Of a stretch of DNA of 64,000 nt, positions 48,613 through 56,951 are shown one piece after another. Every line of letters begins with the position of its first letter. Positions within the stretch are counted from its first letter, which is position 1. Made by a program: the position numbers and the translations under genes. This DNA is from an uncultured Candidatus Woesearchaeota archaeon (GTDB taxonomy: Archaea; Nanobdellota; Nanobdellia; Woesearchaeales; GW2011-AR9): NCBI GenBank assembly GCA_902529885.1, contig CABZYC010000001.1, positions 89,719-153,718 of the forward strand, read 5' to 3'. The notes below the pieces were generated by a model. The model saw only the letters and a program-made list of their open reading frames with translations. It had not been told where the DNA came from and made no database searches.

Positions 48613-49608
48613 ATGAAGGGTGTACAAGCACAATTGTGTAACGCACAAAAGATTAAGCAAGAGCTAATAGAAATCAATTGTATTGATCAGAAATATAAAC
48701 CATTAAAAGAAGGGAGTTATATCATTTTTCCAATACAATTTGTACCTGAAGGATACTCGGTTGTTGAAAAAGAATTTGAAGCTAAAACAAATACACCTAT
48801 ACTATCTAACCTGCTTAACATCCCAGAACCCCTTCTTAAAAAACTACCCTCATCACAAGAACGTGTTGGTTCCATAATGATCCTAGAAATCCCAGAAGAA
48901 TTGGAACCATATGAAACGAACATTGCAAATGCACACCTTAAAATTAACAAGGATATTACAACTATTGTGAAAAAAACTGATGTTCACCACGGTGTTTTTC
49001 GAACAAGAGGGGTGAAAATATTAGCAGGGATAAATACAAAATGTAGCATCCATAAAGAAAGCAGTGTACGTCTTAAGATCCATCTTGAACAAACATATTT
49101 TAGTGCACGGCTTAGTAATGAGCGGCTTCGTGTTGCAAAAAGTGTTAAAAGTACAGAAAATGTTCTCGTTATGTTTAGTGGCGCTGCACCTTACCCTTTA
49201 GTAATATGGAAACATGCTAAACCACAAAGTATTACTGGCATTGAAATTAATCCAAAAGCACACGAACTAGCAGTTGAGAATCTGCGGTTAAACAAATGCG
49301 ACGATATCCAGTTATACAACGGAGATGTACGGTCAGTGTTACCTTCATTAAAAAAGTTTGACCGTATTATTATGCCTTTACCTAAAACATCTGAAGAGTT
49401 TTTACCATTAGCATTACAACATTGTAAACAAGGTACAGTTATTAACCTCTACACTTTTTTGCATGTGGACGGATTTGAGAATGAAAAAAAACGGTTAAGT
49501 TTAATATGTGAACGAGCAGGGCACACAATAATGTTTAGTAACATGGTACCTTGTGGACAACATGCACCTTACATATACCGTGTATGTTATGACATAATTG
49601 TTCAGTAA
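48613..49608 (+). CDS. trm5: Trm5/Taw2-family tRNA methyltransferase
   Basis: YFSARLSNER, MFSGAAPY, EINP, DRIIMPLP. Confidence 0.88.
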   Translation: MKGVQAQLCNAQKIKQELIEINCIDQKYKPLKEGSYIIFPIQFVPEGYSVVEKEFEAKTNTPILSNLLNIPEPLLKKLPSSQERVGSIMILEIPEELEPYETNIANAHLKINKDITTIVKKTDVHHGVFRTRGVKILAGINTKCSIHKESSVRLKIHLEQTYFSARLSNERLRVAKSVKSTENVLVMFSGAAPYPLVIWKHAKPQSITGIEINPKAHELAVENLRLNKCDDIQLYNGDVRSVLPSLKKFDRIIMPLPKTSEEFLPLALQHCKQGTVINLYTFLHVDGFENEKKRLSLICERAGHTIMFSNMVPCGQHAPYIYRVCYDIIVQ

Positions 49609-49639
49609 ATTTATAACTATAAAGCATTCTTTAGACTTT

Positions 49640-50287
49640 ATGAAGAAAACAAGTGTACCTGGCGTCCTACGTAAAGGCCCAATGTTGTATATTAAAAGTG
49701 AAGCTACACCATTTAATGAACGGTTATACAAGTGGCAAGGTGAATTATACAGACCATGGGATCCAACTAGAAGCAAAATTGCCGCAGGAATAATGAACGG
49801 GATACAAGACTTTAACCTTAAAAAAGATAGTATTATATTATACCTTGGTGCAAGCCATGGGTACACAGTAAGTTTTTTGAGTGAGCTTGTGCCTAAAGGC
49901 CTAATCTTTGCAGTGGACCTTGGAGAAGTTGTGATGAGAGACTTGTATCTTCTTGCAGAAGATGCAACCAACATTGTACCAATCTTAGAAAGTGCTAATC
50001 ATACAAATAATTATGCAACAAGTATATGTACCCCTGACATTATTATCCAGGATATTGCACAAAAAAATCAAGCAACTATCTTCTTAAAAAATATCAAACG
50101 TTTTGCAACAACTGATACTGTCTGTCTATTCAGTGTAAAATGTGCAAGCATAGATGTAACAAAAAAACCAAAAGAAGTAAAAGACATGGTGTTACAAGAA
50201 TTAAAACCGTTCTGTAAAAATATTGTATGTAAAACACTTAGTCCATGGGAAAAAGATCATTTTCTTATTCAGTGTCAACTAAAATGA
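49640..50287 (+). CDS. flpA: Fibrillarin-like 2'-O-methyltransferase
   Basis: YRPWDPTRSKIAA, LYLGASHGYT, QDIAQ.NQ, L.PWEKDH. Confidence 0.95.
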   Translation: MKKTSVPGVLRKGPMLYIKSEATPFNERLYKWQGELYRPWDPTRSKIAAGIMNGIQDFNLKKDSIILYLGASHGYTVSFLSELVPKGLIFAVDLGEVVMRDLYLLAEDATNIVPILESANHTNNYATSICTPDIIIQDIAQKNQATIFLKNIKRFATTDTVCLFSVKCASIDVTKKPKEVKDMVLQELKPFCKNIVCKTLSPWEKDHFLIQCQLK

Positions 50288-50486
50288 TGTTTACTGGACA
50301 GACAGATTCTGCTTCTTGATAATCATTCACTTGGTCCAATTCCAGACTTTTTTCAAAATTTTCGCCTACCTTCACACTATCAAGTAATTGGGCTAAACCC
50401 TCATTATCCATGGCCCACTGATCCGGATACAAAGCTGCGCATGCACCACAAGAGATACAATCACGTTTAATATGGGTCACTTTCAT
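50265..50486 (-). CDS. Monocluster ferredoxin
   Basis: CISCGAC...CPVNII; start ATG 50486. Confidence 0.88.
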   Translation of the reverse strand: MKVTHIKRDCISCGACAALYPDQWAMDNEGLAQLLDSVKVGENFEKSLELDQVNDYQEAESVCPVNIILVDTE

Positions 50487-50654
50487 AATTCCAATAGAAA
50501 TGGGTCCATTATTAAAAACTATGTCCAAAACAGGACGATTTTTTGACAACTTTGTGAAAAACAGGTGTAAACAGTATCCCCCATCAAAAGTTGTGCGTAA
50601 AGATCACTATAAGTTAAACCATTAATTACTGGTTCAACACATTCAATCCCTAAC

Positions 50655-51074
50655 CTATGTACTACTTCTATACCAATCATAAGCCATCACCGCATACACT
50701 AAAACTATTAATTGTGATAATAAACAAAACATACACAATGCACCTATTACTGCAAATTCCACATAAGTTAGATACAAACTAAATGGTACACTAAAAAGCA
50801 TTATTACTAAAAATGCGTATAATAAGTAATGAGGGTCTACTCCTCTCAATGCAAGAATGCCTAACACTAACACTGCACTATACATTAATATCCCTGATAA
50901 GGCGTTAGGTATACCTAAAAAGGTACTATACTTACTTTTAGCAACTTCAGTACAACTAAAAACAGTGTTTACATCACATACAGCGTTTTCTGGTTCGTAA
51001 AAAACTTTCAATAAATAACCGCTACTGAGTATACCAACCACTGCCAAAATAATTATGATCCAAGGATATTTCAT
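50655..51074 (-). CDS. Vitamin K epoxide reductase (VKOR) family protein
   Basis: C-x7-C..V..S.Y, four TM helices, CMFC; ATGA overlap with trxB. Confidence 0.92.
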   Translation of the reverse strand: MKYPWIIIILAVVGILSSGYLLKVFYEPENAVCDVNTVFSCTEVAKSKYSTFLGIPNALSGILMYSAVLVLGILALRGVDPHYLLYAFLVIMLFSVPFSLYLTYVEFAVIGALCMFCLLSQLIVLVYAVMAYDWYRSST

Positions 51075-51982
51075 CCTAACCACCTTTCAGCTTCAAGCGC
51101 AGCCATGCACCCAGAACCGCTAGCAGTAATAGCTTGCCGATACTTTGAATCTTGGACATCACCACAAGCAAATACTCCAGGCACATTAGTCTTCACACCG
51201 TCAGTTATTAGATAACCTACATCATCTTTATCAAGCATATCAAAAAGCCCAGTGTTTGGTTTATGCCCTATCGCAATAAAAACCCCATCACAAGCCAATT
51301 CATACTGTTTATTCGTTAACGTTTCTCGCAGTGTCATACCTGTCACTTTTTTTGTTTCAACATCATTTATCTTTTCAACAACAACATTTTCATGCACTGT
51401 GATTTTCTCATGTGCACGCGCTCTTTCAAGCATGATCACGGACGCTTTAAAATTTGATGACCTGTTCAAGATATGTACGTGAGATGCAAAACGAGTCAAA
51501 AAAAGTGCTTCTTCCATAGCAGTATCCCCGCCACCTACCACGGTCACAACTTTATCCTTGAAAAAGGCACCATCACAAGTTGCACAACTGCTTACACCGT
51601 ATCCAGTCAACGCTTTTTCTGATTCTAAGCCTAACCATCTTGCTGAAGCACCAGTACTAATTATGACGGTCTTAGCTTTAACAGTTTGATTTAATGTTTT
51701 TATAATGAAAGGCTTTTGTGAAAAATCTACTTCAGTTACATCCTCACTCAAAAAATCTGCACCAAAATGTTCTGCTTGTTTATGGATATTTTGAATTAAA
51801 TCTGAACCCATTATACCATCAACATTAACACCCGGCCAATTCTCAACCATAGTAGTTAACATTAATTGGCCACCTGTTTGATACCCTTCAATTACTAAAG
51901 GTGCTAACTGTGCCCGCGCAGTATATAACGCTGCAGTTAAGCCTGCTGGCCCACCACCAATAATTACTACTTCTCGTTCCAT
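51071..51982 (-). CDS. trxB: Thioredoxin reductase
   Basis: GGGPAG, GGQL, CATCDG, GGGDTAMEE, GDVQD..YRQA. Confidence 0.97.
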   Translation of the reverse strand: MEREVVIIGGGPAGLTAALYTARAQLAPLVIEGYQTGGQLMLTTMVENWPGVNVDGIMGSDLIQNIHKQAEHFGADFLSEDVTEVDFSQKPFIIKTLNQTVKAKTVIISTGASARWLGLESEKALTGYGVSSCATCDGAFFKDKVVTVVGGGDTAMEEALFLTRFASHVHILNRSSNFKASVIMLERARAHEKITVHENVVVEKINDVETKKVTGMTLRETLTNKQYELACDGVFIAIGHKPNTGLFDMLDKDDVGYLITDGVKTNVPGVFACGDVQDSKYRQAITASGSGCMAALEAERWLG

Positions 51983-52057
51983 TCTCAAGGAGTAATAATC
52001 TCGTAATATAAGTGTTTCTACAAAATGTATATAAACATACTCTGCGTTACATGGTTC

Positions 52058-52864
52058 ATGAAAGTGAAGTTCTCACGAAGGCAAGATAATAGAAATCATA
52101 AGTATGCCACAGAAGATACAGCCATTGTAAATATGTTCACTAAAGATCTACAAAAAGAGTTAGATAACACTCTCTCTGCAGTTGTTTTATTTGGAAGCAC
52201 TGCCCGTAAAGAACGTAATGAACACAGTGACATTGATGTCTTAGTTATTATTGACGATGTTTCTTTCCAATTAAACGATAGTTTCACACAAAGTTATAGA
52301 CTGTTAATTAAAGATATAATTACAAAACATAGTTCGCGTTTACACGTTACAAGCATGACCCTCTCAAGCTTTTGGGATTATGCACGAGCAGGTGACCCTG
52401 TGGTAGTCAACGTTTTACGAGAAGGTGTACCTCTACTTGACCACGGGTTTATTGCACCATTACAAAAATTGTTAATTGCAGGGAAGATTCGGCCCAGCGA
52501 AGAAAGTGTATGGCGCTATTTTAGCCGAGCACCAAAAACACTTCGTAACAGCCAATGGCACATGCTACAAGCAACATTAGATTTATATTGGGCAGTTATG
52601 GACAGTGCACATTCATTATGTATGAAAGCTAATATTGTGCCACCTTCACCTCACGAATTACCTGCTATCATCGATCAAAATTTTGTTAAAAAAAAGCATC
52701 TTAAAAAACGTCATGTTGAAACAATACACCGGTTTTACAGATTGAATAAAATGATTGTTTATAGAGAATTACAAAGTATCACAGGTGAAGAATACCAACG
52801 GTATTACGAAGAGGCAGAAGGTTTTGTAAAAGATATCAAAAAACTTCTAACACGATATATTTAA
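52058..52864 (+). CDS. Pol-beta-type nucleotidyltransferase with C-terminal HEPN-like helical domain
   Basis: VVLFGSTAR...SDIDVLVIIDD; helical C-terminus; TATATAAA 30 nt upstream. Confidence 0.85.
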   Translation: MKVKFSRRQDNRNHKYATEDTAIVNMFTKDLQKELDNTLSAVVLFGSTARKERNEHSDIDVLVIIDDVSFQLNDSFTQSYRLLIKDIITKHSSRLHVTSMTLSSFWDYARAGDPVVVNVLREGVPLLDHGFIAPLQKLLIAGKIRPSEESVWRYFSRAPKTLRNSQWHMLQATLDLYWAVMDSAHSLCMKANIVPPSPHELPAIIDQNFVKKKHLKKRHVETIHRFYRLNKMIVYRELQSITGEEYQRYYEEAEGFVKDIKKLLTRYI

Positions 52865-52888
52865 GTAGTGCTTATTCCTCGTGCATAC

Positions 52889-54538
52889 ATGGAAAAAACC
52901 ATACGCCAATTAGTACTAGAAAATTATGCTCGGCATGGTTCTGTTAAAGAAAATGTTATTTTAGGTTTAATTCTCCGTAGTCATCCTGAAGCAAAAAGTG
53001 ATGTTGTACGTGTCAAAGAACTCATTAGTTCTATTGTCTCAGCAGTCAGTTCTATGACACAAAAACAAGCAGCAAAAAAAGTTGACCTGAAAGAAGTCAA
53101 AAAGGATGAAATTAAAGGGCCACTCAAACCGTTACCTGAATCGTCATCATACGTGTTTCGTATCGCACCATCTCCAAGCGGACCACTACACATTGGTCAC
53201 GCGTTTGGTACAATGATCAATTTCACATATAAGCAGATGTACAATGGTAAACTAATTTTGCGTATTGAAGATACAAACCCTTCAAATATTTATCCTAAAG
53301 CTTACGATTTGATTGAACAGGACGCAAAATGGGTTACAAATAATGGTATTGACCAAGTTATAATCCAAAGTGATAGGTTAGATTTATACTACAAGTATGC
53401 ACGGGAACTAATTGAGAAAGGGCTTGCTTACGTATGTAGCGTTGATGCTGACACTTGGCGAGAAATGAAAGCTAAAGGTGACGAATCACCATACCGTAAC
53501 ATGGACATAACAACACAAATTGAACGTTATGAACGTATGTTCACAGACTTTGCAGAGGGTGAAGCCGTGATCAAATTCAAAACAGATATGAACCATAAAA
53601 ATCCCGCTATGCGAGATTTTCCTATTATGCGTATTAACGAACATGTTCACCCGCGTACTGGTAAAAGTCAACGAGTATGGCCATTAATGGTTTTTAGTGT
53701 AGCTATTGATGACCACTTACTTAGCGTTACACATGTATTAAATGGTAAAGATCATGCTGATAATGCTAAAAAAGAAGCACTTATAATGAAAGCTTTTGGT
53801 TGGCACGCACCATTCTATAAACATTGGGGCCGAATCAATTTTCTAGACATTAAACTCTCTACTTCTGAAACACGAAGGGCCATTGAACGTAATGAATATC
53901 ATGGTTGGGACGATGTTCGATTAAATACTTTATTAGCACTTAAAAAAAGAGGGTATCACCCTAACACTTTCCAACGATTTAGTATTGAAACAGGGCTTAG
54001 TTTAACAGATAAAACTGTTAGTAAAACAGAATTTTGGAAAAATATTAATGCGTTCAATAAACAAGAGATTGATCAAGACGTTAAACGATTCTTTTTTGTT
54101 GAAAATCCTATCAAAATAACTGTGGATAACGCCCCCTCTAAAACTGTGCATTTACCATTACATCCAGAAAAAGATATTGGGCACCGAGAATTGAAATGTA
54201 ACGAAGAATATTACATTGAGAAAACAGATTATGAACGTATGCAAGCAGGCAAGGTGTATCGATTTATTGATAATATTAACGTGATTTATACAGGTGAAAA
54301 AATTGAATTTCACAGTGAAACTTTTGAAGAATATAAAGAATCTAACAAAGGTTTTGTTTTACATTGGTTACCACAAAAAACTGTCGGCGTTACTATTAAA
54401 GGACCAAACAAAGAGTATACCGGCCTTGCAGAAGAAGCACTATCATGTGTTGAACGACCTTCAATTGTACAATTTGAACGACGATTTTTTGCAAAGCTTG
54501 ATGACGGTAAAAATATAAGTGGCTGGTTCTTACATTAA
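52889..54538 (+). CDS. gltX: Glutamate--tRNA ligase (archaeal type)
   Basis: RIAPSPSGPLHIGH, RIEDT, NPAMRD, GWDD.R, QFER; ATG 52889 is 29 nt after TTTAAGTA. Confidence 0.96.
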   Translation: MEKTIRQLVLENYARHGSVKENVILGLILRSHPEAKSDVVRVKELISSIVSAVSSMTQKQAAKKVDLKEVKKDEIKGPLKPLPESSSYVFRIAPSPSGPLHIGHAFGTMINFTYKQMYNGKLILRIEDTNPSNIYPKAYDLIEQDAKWVTNNGIDQVIIQSDRLDLYYKYARELIEKGLAYVCSVDADTWREMKAKGDESPYRNMDITTQIERYERMFTDFAEGEAVIKFKTDMNHKNPAMRDFPIMRINEHVHPRTGKSQRVWPLMVFSVAIDDHLLSVTHVLNGKDHADNAKKEALIMKAFGWHAPFYKHWGRINFLDIKLSTSETRRAIERNEYHGWDDVRLNTLLALKKRGYHPNTFQRFSIETGLSLTDKTVSKTEFWKNINAFNKQEIDQDVKRFFFVENPIKITVDNAPSKTVHLPLHPEKDIGHRELKCNEEYYIEKTDYERMQAGKVYRFIDNINVIYTGEKIEFHSETFEEYKESNKGFVLHWLPQKTVGVTIKGPNKEYTGLAEEALSCVERPSIVQFERRFFAKLDDGKNISGWFLH

Positions 54539-54542
54539 AGGT

Positions 54543-55004
54543 ATGGGGACTATACACAAAGATGTACCACTTTCAGAATGTACACTTCGACGGTACGAAA
54601 AACCAATTAATACTGACAGAGACCTTGTTAGAAGATTATGTTTAACCCTAGGAATATTACAACCAGGGGATAGTCGTGACGTTATTGTTGATGTATTACA
54701 CGTACTACTTACTGCTCGTTCACAAAAAAAAATTATGGACACTGATCTAATACGCGACCTTGTTATTGCAAATAGGGCAGATTATGAACTTGAAATGAAC
54801 GGTATTGCTCATAGTAACATACGAAGACAATTAAGACGATTAAAGGAATTATATCTTATTGAATGTATTAATAACGAATATAGGATCTCTGAATTTATGA
54901 GTTGTGAAGAAGTACTTAACGAAAAGATTATGCCTTTTTTAATTAAACCAATTTTGCAACGTGTAAAAGAATATTTGAAAGCTGTTGACCAGCAATTCAA
55001 ATAA
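54543..55004 (+). CDS. Hypothetical protein, possible winged helix
   Basis: LRRYEKP, LGILQPGDSRD, SNIRRQLRRLKE..LIE; follows gltX. Confidence 0.7.
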   Translation: MGTIHKDVPLSECTLRRYEKPINTDRDLVRRLCLTLGILQPGDSRDVIVDVLHVLLTARSQKKIMDTDLIRDLVIANRADYELEMNGIAHSNIRRQLRRLKELYLIECINNEYRISEFMSCEEVLNEKIMPFLIKPILQRVKEYLKAVDQQFK

Positions 55005-55257
55005 TATCTTCTTCACTCACCACAATAAAATCACCTAATGCAATTACTGCACTAAAAGGGATAAGGATTTGACTCTCTTTATTCTTTTCAAGCTCCATCT
55101 TTTCAGTATAGATTGTTGGGTTACGTAATACTAAATTAATTAGTTCTCCGCTACCCACCTCGAAAATTAAATCGCCAATTTCACCAAATTTTTTACCGGA
55201 CTTACTTACCACTGTTTTACCAATGATGTCTCGAGAATAATTTTTTTCTGATTCCAT
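54997..55257 (-). CDS. PRC-barrel domain protein (CdpB-like)
   Basis: IIGKTVV...G...G.I.DL.F...SG, IPFSAV.A.GDFIVV. Confidence 0.9.
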   Translation of the reverse strand: MESEKNYSRDIIGKTVVSKSGKKFGEIGDLIFEVGSGELINLVLRNPTIYTEKMELEKNKESQILIPFSAVIALGDFIVVSEEDII

Positions 55258-55319
55258 AACTCACCCTCAATAAAATAATGTGTCACAACGTATTTAAAGA
55301 TTACGGTGTCTGCGACAGT

Positions 55320-55535
55320 ATGCAAACAGAAATGCAAGGACAAGAAAAAGTTGGATACCATAAAGGTGCACTCAGTGTTTTAACTAAAGAACGCGAAGAA
55401 ATGATGAGAATTCTACAAATTGTTGAGTCATTAATGCAAATGCATGTTAAAGAACTTAAAGAATTAGGCATAGATTTAACTGGGAAAAAAAGTACTGACA
55501 AAAAAAATAAAAAAAATATAGATGAAATTCTATAA
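55320..55535 (+). CDS. Small coiled-coil hypothetical protein
   Basis: EKVGYHKGALSVLTKEREEM; TATA box at 55293; divergent from PRC-barrel gene. Confidence 0.7.
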   Translation: MQTEMQGQEKVGYHKGALSVLTKEREEMMRILQIVESLMQMHVKELKELGIDLTGKKSTDKKNKKNIDEIL

Positions 55536-56882
55536 TTTATACATTACAATTGTATAAGCAGAGATCGGGATAGCTGCAAGAAGCATCCCGCAAGCTGCTG
55601 CTAGAACATAAATGTATAATGATTCAAAAAAACCTTTATCAATATCATCAGTTGATGCTACAACAACACTTTCTTCAGAAGAATCTGTCTCTTCACCTTC
55701 TTCAGAAGAAACTTCAACTTCAATATACTCATATTCCGTCTCATATTCAGTTACAGTAGTTGTTGTGACAGATTCACATACATTATCAGACATGAATTCT
55801 ACCATATCTTCTTGTAAATCTGCAACATCATCTTCTAAATCGTAACCATTAACATCATCACGTAGTTCGCTTACGTCTTGGTATAATTCATAAACTTCAT
55901 TTTGTGCTTCATCACAATCAATGTTACCGTCTTCGTAATCTTCAACAATATCGTCAAAGTCATCTTCTAGATCATCCAAATCGTCTTCTTCATCAGATAA
56001 ATCAACTTCATCAGAATCACTATCATCGGAAGTGCTATCGTCAGAATCACCATCATCGGAAGTGCTATCGTCAGAATCACCATCATCGGAAGTGCTATCA
56101 TCAGAAGTGCTATCGTCAGAATCACTATCATCAGAAGTGCTATCATCGGAAGCGCTATCATCAATACCATTTGATTGTACAACAACTACCAATTCTGTTA
56201 CATTACCACATTCAACGTTAAGAGTATATTCTCCAACTTCATCTTCTGTTGGTGTCCATTCGATAAGAATATCATGACCACTATATGTATAAACTTCTTC
56301 TGGCAAATCTGTTTGAGCAAGAACCATTGTTTCAGTACATGAAACCATTTCCACATGATAAGTATCTTCAACAAATGTTAAAGCACCATATGTTAAGATT
56401 GGATCAACTACAATAACTTCTACCTCTGGTACATCAATATCTATTAACAAATCTTCACTTAAAGTGATGGTAGGGATATCAATTATTAATTCACCTGGAT
56501 CGTATGTGCCAATACCAACAAATGTTAAACCTGTCTCTTCATAACTAGACCTAGATTCTCTTACTTGAACCGTGTTAGTCCCAGCTTCAATTGTTATAGT
56601 TACTGTCTCTGTACAAACAGACTTACAAACTATAGTTTTAGTTTCACTTGCATACTGTACATAATAAATTCCTGATTCACTCATTTCAACTGTTAAATCA
56701 ACTGTATCGCCTATCGCGCTATAATAAGTTCCATCAGTATCACCATCATACATAACCTGTATGTCTTCCTCAGCTACAACTATTACTACACTTTCAATTG
56801 CAACCGGATCTAATGATAAAACGGGTGCTGGCGCAGCAAAAACTAGCGGAATCAGTAATAATATCAATATGAGTTTTCTCAT
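55530..56882 (-). CDS. Acidic membrane-anchored surface protein with SD repeats
   Basis: Signal peptide, Ig-like region, DDSxS repeats, acidic helical domain, C-terminal TM helix. Confidence 0.85.
   Translation of the reverse strand: MRKLILILLLIPLVFAAPAPVLSLDPVAIESVVIVVAEEDIQVMYDGDTDGTYYSAIGDTVDLTVEMSESGIYYVQYASETKTIVCKSVCTETVTITIEAGTNTVQVRESRSSYEETGLTFVGIGTYDPGELIIDIPTITLSEDLLIDIDVPEVEVIVVDPILTYGALTFVEDTYHVEMVSCTETMVLAQTDLPEEVYTYSGHDILIEWTPTEDEVGEYTLNVECGNVTELVVVVQSNGIDDSASDDSTSDDSDSDDSTSDDSTSDDGDSDDSTSDDGDSDDSTSDDSDSDEVDLSDEEDDLDDLEDDFDDIVEDYEDGNIDCDEAQNEVYELYQDVSELRDDVNGYDLEDDVADLQEDMVEFMSDNVCESVTTTTVTEYETEYEYIEVEVSSEEGEETDSSEESVVVASTDDIDKGFFESLYIYVLAAACGMLLAAIPISAYTIVMYKL
56011..56160 (-). 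repeat. 15-bp in-frame tandem repeat x10 (SDD[SG][TDA])
   Basis: + strand units tcagaatcac[tc]atca / tc[ag]gaagtgctatc[ag]. Confidence 0.92.
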
Positions 56883-56951
56883 TTATCTCTAAAAGATAAT
56901 GTGATTTAAAAGTGTTGTTACTAAAAAGTGGTTAAAAAAATAAAATAAAGA

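Noticed and set aside
50487-50654. Intergenic AAAACAGG direct repeat and weak inverted repeats as possible ncRNA
   Set aside because: The matches are short, and I could see no tRNA cloverleaf or C/D box pair.
52058-52864. MNT-HEPN toxin-antitoxin or defence system
   Set aside because: It is a single fused gene in housekeeping context with no clear HEPN R-x4-6-H RNase motif, and no partner gene is visible.
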